A DNA stretch of 64,000 bases from a virus (lineage: Duplodnaviria > Caudoviricetes), in IMG/VR virus record IMGVR_UViG_3300029705_000042, one strand, 5' to 3'. The notes beneath the pieces are model-generated. The model was not told where the DNA came from. It was given only the letters and a program-made list of their open reading frames with translations, and ran no database searches. Below are positions 40,191 to 49,841 of this stretch, piece after piece. Position 1 is the first letter of the stretch. Each line of letters opens with the position of its first letter. A program made the position numbers and the translations under genes.

Positions 40191-40243
40191 TGCCTATCGC
40201 CTTTTTACATACGGGCTTTAGACCGTCAACGGCAGGTTTAGCA
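40191..40243 (-). ncRNA. Twister ribozyme, type P1
   Basis: TGC-TAA-ACCT-GC-CGTTG-ACGG-T-CTA-AA-GC-CCGT-ATGTAAAA-AGGC-GA-TAG-GCA maps element by element onto the canonical P1 twister (pseudoknots CTA/TAG and GC/GC). Confidence 0.85.
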
Positions 40244-40390
40244 GGGTATAACCTTAATAGTTATACCCCAGATAAAAAGATAAAGGAAAAGGAATTTTTA
40301 ACGTCGACTTGCTACATTTTCAAGCTTTCAGGTGTACGCCTCATGCGATACTTTTATAACCTTACGACTTGACACGCTTTCAAGCTCGAC

Positions 40391-40409
40391 TATTCAATTA
40401 TCAAGGAAC
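40391..40409 (-). promoter_or_regulatory. boxA-like antitermination signal in the leader
   Basis: GTTCCTTGATAATTGAATA resembles the Firmicute rrn boxA GTTCTTTGAAAAC. Confidence 0.5.
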
Positions 40410-40605
40410 GCCAGACCTGCTACGCCTTTATAGCCTCGTACGCTAAGGCTCGCGCCTCTGTTGCATCTCAGCGGTTGTAACGGCTGAACGCCTCCCGCCT
40501 GCTGGCTTTAACTGGCTATGTGGTTGTAACAAGTTACCCCAGCCAAACGGCTGACGGAGCTTTGAAGGTTTAGCAAGTTTTGCGCTTGCTTTACCTTACA
40601 CTTAA

Positions 40606-40634
40606 AGTATAGCATACCTTGCAAGGTAAGTCAA
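40606..40634 (-). promoter_or_regulatory. Early promoter P1 with palindromic spacer TACCTTGCAAGGTA
   Basis: TTGACT-17-TATACT with extended TG; perfect palindrome at 40615-40628. Confidence 0.8.
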
Positions 40635-40737
40635 TAAACAAACTGTAAATTAATTTTGAACAATTTGTGAACGACTTTCACTAGCTCGTATGCTGTCAAT
40701 CAGGCGAGCGTTTGCCGTTTGCCTTTTTGACGATATC

Positions 40738-40766
40738 ATTTTACCATACTTTGCAAGGAATGTCAA
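40738..40766 (-). promoter_or_regulatory. Early promoter P2 (tandem), with a similar spacer TTCCTTGCAAAGTA
   Basis: TTGACA-17-TAAAAT with extended TG. Confidence 0.75.
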
Positions 40767-40886
40767 TGAATAAACTGTAAACTATTTGTAAATTGAAAAT
40801 GAATTTAATATGAATTTGGCGTGAATTAAATGTGAATAAATTGTGAATGGAATTTGTGGAGTTTTAGATAGATTTTTTTATAGGCT

Positions 40887-40953
40887 ATTACGGAAATGCG
40901 AAATAGTTTTTTCTATTATTACGGAAATGCGAAATATTACGGAAAACCGAAAT
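40887..40953 (+). repeat. Three 18-bp direct repeats ATTACGGAAA(TG/AC)CGAAAT
   Basis: Copies at 40887, 40918 and 40936. Confidence 0.85.
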
Positions 40954-41904
40954 AATTAAACGATGCGAAAATGTGTAAAAGTATATTCAATAAAATGCTT
41001 TATATAAATATATATAATAAAAAATATTTATAGTAAAAATCGCTTGAATTTGAATGCGAAAAAATAATCTAAAATCGCATTGAACGGGAGCGGGCTATTT
41101 TACATTTTTTTTCAATTTTTTTTGGCGGTTGGAGGGGTAAGGTGATACATCTATTCCTCAATAAAATTTTTACCATTCCGTTCCTATATACAACCTTCCT
41201 ATATACAACCAAAGAATAAAGTCTTTTAGTCTCCTTAATTACCTTCTTAATTACCTCCTTAGTTAATCACTTAATTACTAACTCATACCAGCTCGAATCA
41301 ACCAAAACTGTTTTAAAACAATCGCTTATTATACTATATTTATTTCTATCACTATTCTCATTTCATTATTTTATTTATATATCATTTTATCTATAACTTT
41401 TAATTTTTCATTTTCTCATCCACCCCTACTTTACACTCTCTTATCAATCAAAATTCGTTTCTTTTTTTACGGTAAATTTACGATACAAATAAAAAAGTAT
41501 AAAAATTTTAACTACGCTTAAATAACCTAAAAACAAAGCAATTTAAAACCATTAAAATACTCAGAGATACCATTTTATTTTATGACCCAAAAACTCTTAT
41601 TTTTTCAAAATTACATTCTAAAGTGTTCTTAAATCAATGCTCAATTATTTTTAAACAACTTTAAAATAATGTTATTTCAAATTTAAAATATTCAAAAAAT
41701 ATCCCATCTTTGCCGTAAAATCTTTACCGTAACCAAATTAAAAAATTCTAACATCACCTTGTTTTAAGGCTGTATATATCTAAAGTGTCTATTATGAACC
41801 GTAAAGCCAAAAATTATTTTTTATAATAACACCTCTTACTGAGAGACAAATAAATTCTTGAAAAAAAAATTATGAAAAAAATAAAAAAATTTTTAAAAAA
41901 ACTA

Positions 41905-41933
41905 TTGACAATCTTATAATAATGGTGTATAAT
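41905..41933 (+). promoter_or_regulatory. Rightward sigma70/A-type promoter
   Basis: TTGACA-17-TATAAT with an A-tract UP element. Confidence 0.8.
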
Positions 41934-42130
41934 TATATCAGCAAAATAATTTATCAAATTATTGATTATTCAACTAATAAAGTTATAATAAATAATATTA
42001 ACACAAAATAATAATTATAATTATAACATAGTATAAAAATTATAATCCTCTATATTCAATAAATCGGCAGCAGATGAGCGTAGCTCATTAGTATTCTTAT
42101 ACTTTTATTATACTTATAGGATAGAAGTCG

Positions 42131-42202
42131 AAAAAGGGGTACAAAAAGTACCCCAAAATGACGCAAGTTTGACAAAAAGGGGTACAAAAAATACCCTTTT
42201 TT
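42131..42202 (+). repeat. Two direct repeats AAAAAGGGGTACAAAAA, each part of a GGGGTAC/GTACCCC-type palindrome
   Basis: 42131-42154 and 42174-42202. Confidence 0.8.
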
Positions 42203-42262
42203 CACCACGATAGTATTTATGATATCTGATGGATGTGATATTTTTGAAAGGAGATGATATAA

Positions 42263-43168
42263 GTGGATATGCGTGACAATGACGATAAAGATTATAAATA
42301 TGAATATTCTAAAACTCTATTAACAGATATGGAATCAAAATATATATACCTCCCTTTGTCTGTCATTGTAAACAATGAAATAGATGTAAAAAGAATTGGC
42401 ATATTATCATATCTAAGAATACACTGTGGCTTAAATGATATGGTAGGTTTTACTGTTCCAGATATGGTTGAATGGTGTGGTATGAAGCCAAATAATAGAG
42501 ATGGGAAAACTAATGATAAATTCTTAAGCGTTATAAATGATTTAAGTAGTATGGGCTATTTAACATATTTGACCGAACAAAGTAAAAGCTCTTATATTAA
42601 ATGCAAGTTTAATACTGAGTTATATTATAATGAATGTTCTAATGGATATGCTGTTGTATATTTGGATGAATTTAAAAAAATAATGGATTATAAAAACTTG
42701 CAAGGTAATTCTGTCAATAATGTAACCATGCTCCTTGTCTTTGCTTATTTAAGAAACAGAATAAGACGGAGACCAAATGAATTAAAACCAGAAGAAAGAA
42801 CATTAGACGGTATAAGGCAAAGAAAAGAAAGATTGCCAGATGCTTTTGATGGTAATATTTCTGATATCGCAAAAGAGTTAGGAATACACAAACAAACTCT
42901 CTCAAAAACAATTAATATTCTTGAACAAGAATTAGAATTAATAATAACTGACAGAGCTTATAGAATTAAAATTGATAATAATGAATTTAGAACACTGCCT
43001 ACTATCTTTGCCAACTCTTATAAACGAGAAGATAAATATTTGTTAGCTGCTGGTGAAGAATATAGTAGAGCGGAAATTGAGTTAAAAGCTCAAAATATGA
43101 AACAACATTATCAAGAATATAAAATTGATAAAAGAAAAAGAAAAAACAATAATGAAAGGAGGAATTAA
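42263..43168 (+). CDS. Winged-HTH DNA-binding protein, possible replication initiator or regulator
   Basis: ISDIAKELGIHKQTLSKTINILE HTH; follows iteron-like repeats. Confidence 0.55.
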   Translation: MDMRDNDDKDYKYEYSKTLLTDMESKYIYLPLSVIVNNEIDVKRIGILSYLRIHCGLNDMVGFTVPDMVEWCGMKPNNRDGKTNDKFLSVINDLSSMGYLTYLTEQSKSSYIKCKFNTELYYNECSNGYAVVYLDEFKKIMDYKNLQGNSVNNVTMLLVFAYLRNRIRRRPNELKPEERTLDGIRQRKERLPDAFDGNISDIAKELGIHKQTLSKTINILEQELELIITDRAYRIKIDNNEFRTLPTIFANSYKREDKYLLAAGEEYSRAEIELKAQNMKQHYQEYKIDKRKRKNNNERRN

Positions 43169-43170
43169 TT

Positions 43171-43419
43171 ATGAATAAAGAATTTTTATTTAGTAACACA
43201 TTGTTCGATAAAGAACTTGATGAAAAGTTTGACGAACAAACACCTTATCATAAAGATAAAGATATAGATTTGTATTTAACAGAATCTGATTTCTATCCAC
43301 CTTGTGATAACAGAATGTGGAAATCTAATGTTGCAGATATAAACGGCGGAGATAATTTTGCCGATTATTGCGAATACTTTTTTAGAATGCTTGAAAAAGA
43401 AGAATATTATGATAATTAA
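43171..43419 (+). CDS. Hypothetical acidic protein
   Basis: AGGAGG RBS. Confidence 0.65.
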   Translation: MNKEFLFSNTLFDKELDEKFDEQTPYHKDKDIDLYLTESDFYPPCDNRMWKSNVADINGGDNFADYCEYFFRMLEKEEYYDN

Positions 43420-43469
43420 TAATCAATAATTTAAACAATTAAAGTTATAAATATTGGAGATGATGTACA

Positions 43470-46361
43470 ATGCTTGATGTTCAAGTACAGATTCTAAGTG
43501 TAGATACGGGCGATTTTTATAGTAATCGTGAAGCAATGCTGCATTGGTTCAATCATAAACTTAGAATAGAAAGAAATGAATTAAAGAAAAAAGAAAGCGA
43601 TATTGTCAACAAGTTATCTGAATACGGAATTAATAAAAATGATTTGATATCAATTTTAAATTATGAATTTGGTTTTGAGTCACTGGATGATAGCTCTGTC
43701 GTGTCTGAGCTTGGCGAAGAATATTGTAAAACTGTAGAGTTAATTAAGCTCAAAAATAAAAAAATTAAAGAGTCAAAAAATAAGCTGCTGAAATTGTTGG
43801 CAAATAAAGTAGAGTCTAATGCTGTTACAAATGGAATACATCATATTAGAGAATTAAGAAATCTTAATCCATCGGGAGATAAATGCAATATATATAAATA
43901 TGCAAAAGAACCGTTCAATGATAAAAAGATTATTTCGGTGTTTGATTCTGCTTTTACAAGAATGATAGGTGCAAAACAAGATGAACTAAACGAAGACTTT
44001 ATGGTTGTACAAGTTTTCTACTTTGATATTATAAAAGACTTAATTTATCACGGATTTACTTACAAAGGTGAAAAATATATTTACTTTACCTCTTCTGCTG
44101 GACAAATTAGAACCAAAAAGACTGTTTTTATAAAAGAATCTGTTTGGAAAAAATACGAAAAAACAATTATGTGCGGATTAACAATCGACTCTATTAATGC
44201 TAAGGGTGGTAATAATCCTAATAAACATTTGGCTTATATGGCTTTGACTAATTCCGCTACTGATGTTTGGGAAGAATTTGATATTGATAAAACGATAGTA
44301 ATTGACGATTTTGAAACAGATGTATATGGCACATACGACTTAGTAGACGATACTGATTACTCTATTAAAAGGGTGTCTGATTATGTTCCTATTACCCATA
44401 CCGATGGCGCTGGAATGATGCTTCCTTGTGCTTTTGGTAAAGAACAAAAAAATCAAATGGTGCGATTACCTTGGATAAAAGGACTTTTAGGAGTGTTTGA
44501 TTTTAAGAAATTTATAGAGGTTAATAATTGCTCTTCTAAAATTACGGATATATACGGCAAGACATGGGATATCATAGAAGATGATATTCAAGTAATTTTT
44601 ACAAAGAGTCAAACTAAAATGTGGAAATATTACGACTCTTGGGAACAGTATAAAGAATATTATAAATATTATAAGTGCACTGCTGGATATACTAACAAAG
44701 AAGAAGATAAAATTAAAGACGCTACTATTAATTATCAAATGCTGCAGACTCTTACCGAGGTAAACGATAATGAGATAGAGCAAATTATTAATAGGTCAAA
44801 TAACAAGTTGAAAAATTTATGCTCTTCTATAGAGTCTATGAAATCTGCTTTTGGTGTAACACCAGATACTTGCGAAGGTAATATGACATATTTACAGAAA
44901 GCCATTAAACTTTATCCTGATTTAATGAATGATGAATGGCTAAAAATTATTTTAAGACAGATTAAAGATAGTATGGTCAAAAACTACAAGGCGGGAAGTT
45001 TATCTATTAATGGCAAGTATACATTTTTGTTGCCAGATTTCTATGCGGCTTGTGAGTATTGGTTTATGAATAATAAAAATCCCAACGGCTTATTAAATGA
45101 CAAAGAAGTTTTTTGTTGGTTATTTAGAAAGGCAAAAGAACTTGACTGTTTAAGAAGCCCGCATTTATACAAAGAACACGCCATTAGAGATAATATGGCT
45201 TGGAATGGCAACAAAGAGAATCAACAGCGAATTAGAGAGTGGTTTAATACTGATGCGGTTTATACAAGCTGCAAAGATTTAATTAGTAAAATTTTACAGT
45301 TTGATGTTGATGGCGATAAATCTCTTGTGGTAGCTGATGAAAATATTATTAATGTTGCCAAAAATAGTATGAATAACATTGTTCCTCTTTATTACAATAT
45401 GAGAAAGGCATCTCCTGTTCAATTAAACAATCAAACAATTTATGATGGTCTTAATGCAGCGTTTATCGGTGGTAACATTGGAATATATAGCAACAATATA
45501 TCTAAAATTTGGAATAGCGATATCTTTGTCAATGGCTCTGTAGAAGAAAGACAAAACGCTGTTGATTTAATTAAATTGTTGTGTATGGAAAATAATTTTG
45601 TAATTGACTTTGCCAAAACTTTATATAAGCCAGAGAGACCCGATTATATTCACGATAAAATTACAAGTTTTACAAACAAAAAACTCCCCCACTTCTTTAC
45701 ATACGCAAAAGACAAAACAATTGACCAAGTTGAAAATATTAATAATAGTTTGGTAAATAAATTAGATTCTAAAATAATTAATCCAAGAATTAATTCTCGC
45801 AGCATTGGATTAAAACAAATTGACTATACCAAATTAGTAAGCAATCCAGATATTGAATGTCGTGTTGTATTTAATAAAAATGGGAAAATTAACGAAGAAT
45901 TATCAGACCCTATGATTGTTAAATATTATGAACTTAATCAGCAATATCATTTTAAGGTTAATATGGAATGCGCCGAATTAACAAGGGGCGACTTGTTAAG
46001 TAATACTCAATACAAACAAGATTTATTTTTTAAAAGAATTGCTAATGAAATTCGCACTGAGCTTTCTCAGTTTGGATATAGTGAATCTGAGATTGTTGAT
46101 ATTTTGGTCAAGTTTTTGTATTATGTTAAACCAAGTAAACATAAAAGTGTTCTTTGGTTTTGCTATGGAAAACAGATTTTTGAGAACATAGAGAAAAATA
46201 TTAAGTCAAAAACTAAGATTATTCAGTGTGTTGATTGCGGCAAATGGATTGAGATTGGCATAAAAGATACAAAGACTTGTCGGTGTGAAGATTGTTCAAA
46301 AGAACATAAGAGAGAATTAACTCGCTTAAGAGTTCAAAAACATAGAACGAAGTCTATGTAA
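43470..46361 (+). CDS. yonO: YonO-like single-subunit two-barrel RNA polymerase
   Basis: Catalytic DxDGD (QFDVDGDKSLV), plus THTDGAGM, RLPWIKGLL and LRSPHL; position before HU and the head genes as in SPbeta. Confidence 0.85.
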   Translation: MLDVQVQILSVDTGDFYSNREAMLHWFNHKLRIERNELKKKESDIVNKLSEYGINKNDLISILNYEFGFESLDDSSVVSELGEEYCKTVELIKLKNKKIKESKNKLLKLLANKVESNAVTNGIHHIRELRNLNPSGDKCNIYKYAKEPFNDKKIISVFDSAFTRMIGAKQDELNEDFMVVQVFYFDIIKDLIYHGFTYKGEKYIYFTSSAGQIRTKKTVFIKESVWKKYEKTIMCGLTIDSINAKGGNNPNKHLAYMALTNSATDVWEEFDIDKTIVIDDFETDVYGTYDLVDDTDYSIKRVSDYVPITHTDGAGMMLPCAFGKEQKNQMVRLPWIKGLLGVFDFKKFIEVNNCSSKITDIYGKTWDIIEDDIQVIFTKSQTKMWKYYDSWEQYKEYYKYYKCTAGYTNKEEDKIKDATINYQMLQTLTEVNDNEIEQIINRSNNKLKNLCSSIESMKSAFGVTPDTCEGNMTYLQKAIKLYPDLMNDEWLKIILRQIKDSMVKNYKAGSLSINGKYTFLLPDFYAACEYWFMNNKNPNGLLNDKEVFCWLFRKAKELDCLRSPHLYKEHAIRDNMAWNGNKENQQRIREWFNTDAVYTSCKDLISKILQFDVDGDKSLVVADENIINVAKNSMNNIVPLYYNMRKASPVQLNNQTIYDGLNAAFIGGNIGIYSNNISKIWNSDIFVNGSVEERQNAVDLIKLLCMENNFVIDFAKTLYKPERPDYIHDKITSFTNKKLPHFFTYAKDKTIDQVENINNSLVNKLDSKIINPRINSRSIGLKQIDYTKLVSNPDIECRVVFNKNGKINEELSDPMIVKYYELNQQYHFKVNMECAELTRGDLLSNTQYKQDLFFKRIANEIRTELSQFGYSESEIVDILVKFLYYVKPSKHKSVLWFCYGKQIFENIEKNIKSKTKIIQCVDCGKWIEIGIKDTKTCRCEDCSKEHKRELTRLRVQKHRTKSM

Positions 46362-46618
46362 CGCTACCAAAATGCTTTTATAAACAACCAATAATTAAGG
46401 TTATATATCATTTTTATAAATTTTATAAATAACCTTATTTTAAGGTTGTTTATATTATGTACATTTAGCGCCTATAAGGGAAACACCCTCGAAAACAAAC
46501 AGTCTAAAGGTTGCTGGCAGAAAGTACTAATTAGAAACTACAGATAACCTTTAGATACTTTGTTGATAAATATTTTAATATTTTATAAAATTTTATGTTA
46601 ATTATTTGAGGTGAATTT

Positions 46619-46930
46619 ATGAAAGAAAAAATTAAAATAACAAAAGAAAATCTTATTAAGGATATTGCTAAACAAACTAATAAAAATATAAGCGATGTTA
46701 AAGATGTTTATAATACTTTAGAAAAAACCGTTTTTGACATCCTCTCTTCTGTTGATGTTAATGGAGATATAACCATTAAATTATTTGAAGGTATTAGTTT
46801 GGATGGAATTTATATCCCTAAAAAAACAAAGCAAAATAATTTAACTGGCAAAATAAGTATTGTAGAAAGTAAGATTAAACCCAAATTCAATGTTACTCGT
46901 TCTTATTGTGAAAAGTTAAATTCAAAGTAA
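46619..46930 (+). CDS. HU/IHF-like DNA-binding protein
   Basis: ITKENLIKDIA...NNLTGKISIV...KPKF. Confidence 0.75.
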   Translation: MKEKIKITKENLIKDIAKQTNKNISDVKDVYNTLEKTVFDILSSVDVNGDITIKLFEGISLDGIYIPKKTKQNNLTGKISIVESKIKPKFNVTRSYCEKLNSK

Positions 46931-46977
46931 ATAATTAATTATTTGATATAAGCAGTGTTTCACTGATTATATATACT

Positions 46978-47017
46978 ATCGCAGTTATCCAAAGAGATGG
47001 CTGCGATATTTCTTTTC
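46978..47017 (+). terminator. Intrinsic terminator
   Basis: ATCGCAGTTATC/GATGGCTGCGAT hairpin with a T-rich tail. Confidence 0.6.
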
Positions 47018-47105
47018 ATTCATTTTTCTACCTTTTGGCTTGTTGGCTGCCTATCCTTTTGGATAGGTGGCTGATAAAGTTTGAGGATAAGAGAAATGAA
47101 TATAT

Positions 47106-47181
47106 GCTTCGATATCTCAATTGGCAGAGGACTTGATTTGTAATCAAGATGTTGTGGGTTCAATTCCCTCTCGAAGCTCCA
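47106..47181 (+). tRNA. tRNA-Thr (anticodon TGT)
   Basis: Acceptor GCTTCGA/TCGAAGC, anticodon arm CTTGA-TTTGTAA-TCAAG, T-arm with one T-T mismatch, encoded CCA. Confidence 0.85.
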
Positions 47182-47264
47182 TACAAAATAAAGGTGGTAT
47201 ATCTATGTACCACCTTTTGTCTTTTATATTTTTTTGTAATGTTTGGAGGTTAAATAAAATAAAC

Positions 47265-48479
47265 ATGGATGAATTTAGAAAATTAGATAATGAAAATTAT
47301 CATCAATATATTTGGCGAATGGACGGATTAGTTCAGTCTGGTAAATATAAAAACTGGAAAGAAATAACACCTCTTATTAATAGAGAGTTATTTGGCGACG
47401 ATGAAGAGTTGTATCGAGATGAATCAGCTTTCCGCAAAGCTGTAAAGTATGCAAGAGACTTTTATGAAGCTGGCGTATTTGGCGATAACGAAGACGAATA
47501 TTATAAAAAGTTACAGACTGAAAAGCGAGAATTGCAAAAAGTAAAAGCCCAAGTTCAAACTGAGAAGTTAGAATATTCTCGTTGGCTTAGAGAAGAAGCA
47601 AGAGATGAACTAATTACAGAGAAAATTTGTAATGCAATATCTTCCCTCCCCTCTCTCGATATTCCTCATCATATTTACCCTGTTCATAATTCTCGTGCTT
47701 ATGCGTTGGTTTTTGGCGACGAACATTACGGAGTTGAATTTGAATTAAAAGGATTGTTTGGAGATATTCTTAATGCTTATAGTCCCGAAATTTTTGAAAA
47801 GAGAATGTGGGATTTGTTTGACCAGACTATCGAAATTATTCAAAGAGAGAATATTGATAGCCTAAATGTTTTTTCTATGGGAGATTTTAGTGATGGTGTT
47901 CTCAGAGTTTCACAATTAATGAAATTAAGATATGGTGTCGTAGACGGAACAATTAAGTATGCTGATTTTATTAGTGGTTGGCTTAACGAATTAACTAAAT
48001 ATGTGCGAGTAAAATATCAGTCTACTAATGGCAACCATACCGAACTTCGCCAATTAGGACAACCCAAAGGTACTTTTACAGAGGATAATATGGGAAAGGT
48101 TGTATCTGAGTTTATTAAAACACGATTAAAGGATAATCCTAATTTTGAATATATTGAAAATCCTACTGGCTATATTTATGCAGAGCTTGTGGGAAATCCA
48201 GTATTGGGGATACATGGAGAGGTAAAAAATATGAGCAACGCCATTAAGGAGTTTTCTTCTATTTATGGCATACACATTCAGTACTTGTTGGCTGGTCATT
48301 TGCATCACAACAAAGTCGAGGAAGTGGGCGTAAATCAAGAAGTAATAAATATTGGCTCTATTATTGGCGTAGATAGTTATTCTCTGTCTTTAAGAAAAAC
48401 ATCGAATGCTTCTGCCAAGTTATTGGTGTTCGAACAAGATAAGGGAAAAACTTGTGAATATATATTAAAGTTAAATTAA
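47265..48479 (+). CDS. Calcineurin-like metallophosphoesterase (SPbeta YonJ-like position)
   Basis: Motifs GDEH, GDFSD, GNH, HGE and GHLH; start moved to 47265 because the track ORF runs through the tRNA. Confidence 0.85.
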   Translation: MDEFRKLDNENYHQYIWRMDGLVQSGKYKNWKEITPLINRELFGDDEELYRDESAFRKAVKYARDFYEAGVFGDNEDEYYKKLQTEKRELQKVKAQVQTEKLEYSRWLREEARDELITEKICNAISSLPSLDIPHHIYPVHNSRAYALVFGDEHYGVEFELKGLFGDILNAYSPEIFEKRMWDLFDQTIEIIQRENIDSLNVFSMGDFSDGVLRVSQLMKLRYGVVDGTIKYADFISGWLNELTKYVRVKYQSTNGNHTELRQLGQPKGTFTEDNMGKVVSEFIKTRLKDNPNFEYIENPTGYIYAELVGNPVLGIHGEVKNMSNAIKEFSSIYGIHIQYLLAGHLHHNKVEEVGVNQEVINIGSIIGVDSYSLSLRKTSNASAKLLVFEQDKGKTCEYILKLN

Positions 48480-48518
48480 AAGAAATAAAGTTATAAAAAT
48501 ATGGAGATTAATTAAATA

Positions 48519-48716
48519 ATGGAAAAAGATATAGAACTTTACTATTGCTACTCTCTCAACCTTAGAGAATTTCTTTATAACAATGGTGTGAGATATAAAT
48601 TAGCAGCACTGAACCCTAATAGTAAGAGTCTGTTTTGGGTTTATGTTAAAGATAAAAAATTAGACAAATTATTGAGTGAGTGGTCAGCTAATAAACAGAC
48701 TGCTTTTGAAAAATAA
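48519..48716 (+). CDS. Small DUF5659-like protein
   Basis: YCYSLNLREFL...G.RY...FWVY...LDKLLSEW. Confidence 0.55.
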   Translation: MEKDIELYYCYSLNLREFLYNNGVRYKLAALNPNSKSLFWVYVKDKKLDKLLSEWSANKQTAFEK

Positions 48717-48756
48717 ATACTTTGATGTAGAAATGATGTGGAGGTGAAACATATAT

Positions 48757-49839
48757 ATGCCAAGAGGTAGACCACCAAAAAAAGACAAAGAGTTGCAAGA
48801 AAATCAAGATGCAAACACCCAAACGAAAAAGGGCGTTAAATCAACCAAAGATAAACGTGCTTGTTTTTATTGTGGGAGAGAATATGTTGAAACAAATTAT
48901 TATAATTCAAATAGTGAATTTTATAGTAATACAGGTAAAATTCCATATTGTAAGCAATGTATAGAAAAATTTTATCAACAATATTACGAAAGATATACCA
49001 ACGAGGGTTGTTTAACTCCTGAAAAGAAGGCGGTTCAAAGGCTGTGTATGATTTTCGATATTTATTATAGAGATGATGTTTTCGAGTCTTCTATGAATAA
49101 AATTAAAACAAGCGGTATGAACATAACTCCCATGTTTCAATATATGAAACAAATACAACTTCAGCAATATAATCGTAATAAAGAAACATATGAGAAGACT
49201 ATAACCGAAGCAGAGCAAGAGAATTTTGCTATGGCTTCTATTTCGGATATATCTGGCGAAACAACCGTTGACCAAAAGACGATTGATTTCTTTGGTAGTG
49301 GGTTTACCGATGAAGATTATAAATTTTTAAAAAGAGAATATGAAGATTGGACTGCGAGACACGAGTGTAAAACTAAAACGCAGGAAGAAAATTTTAAGGA
49401 CATATGTTTCAACAGATTACAAAATCTAAAAGCATTACGAAAGGGCGAAGATACAAAAGATATCACGGCTTCGTTTCAGAAAATGTTGGATGCTGGTAAA
49501 TTGCAACCTAAACAAAATGCTGGCGATACTACAGCGGACAATCAAACATTTGGCACTTTAATTGATAAATGGGAGAATGAAAGACCTTTGCCCGAAATTG
49601 ATGAAGAGTTAAGAGATGTTGATAAAATAGGAGCTTATATGGACATTTTTTATCGTGGACATTTAAGCAAGATGATGGGCTTAAAAAATGGATTGTCGAA
49701 CTTATATACAAAATTTATGAAAAAGTATACTGTGAACAAACCAGAGTATAACGATGAAGAAAATAGTGAAGTTTTATTTGACGCCATTTTTGGAAACGCC
49801 TCTTTGGACTCTAATGAGGACAACGAGGGGGTGGTGTAA
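48757..49839 (+). CDS. Putative terminase small subunit / Zn-finger protein
   Basis: CxxC...CxxC; directly upstream of terL, as in SPbeta synteny. Confidence 0.55.
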   Translation: MPRGRPPKKDKELQENQDANTQTKKGVKSTKDKRACFYCGREYVETNYYNSNSEFYSNTGKIPYCKQCIEKFYQQYYERYTNEGCLTPEKKAVQRLCMIFDIYYRDDVFESSMNKIKTSGMNITPMFQYMKQIQLQQYNRNKETYEKTITEAEQENFAMASISDISGETTVDQKTIDFFGSGFTDEDYKFLKREYEDWTARHECKTKTQEENFKDICFNRLQNLKALRKGEDTKDITASFQKMLDAGKLQPKQNAGDTTADNQTFGTLIDKWENERPLPEIDEELRDVDKIGAYMDIFYRGHLSKMMGLKNGLSNLYTKFMKKYTVNKPEYNDEENSEVLFDAIFGNASLDSNEDNEGVV

Positions 49840-49841
49840 CG

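Noticed and set aside
33995-40243. CRISPR array or simple terminators as the explanation of the intergenic GC-rich repeats
   Set aside because: The elements are not identical repeats with regular spacers and they lack U-tails. They match ribozyme cores with covarying stems.
47121-47264. N-terminal extension of the phosphoesterase ORF
   Set aside because: It overlaps tRNA-Thr and the hairpin downstream of it; ATG 47265 is the more plausible start.
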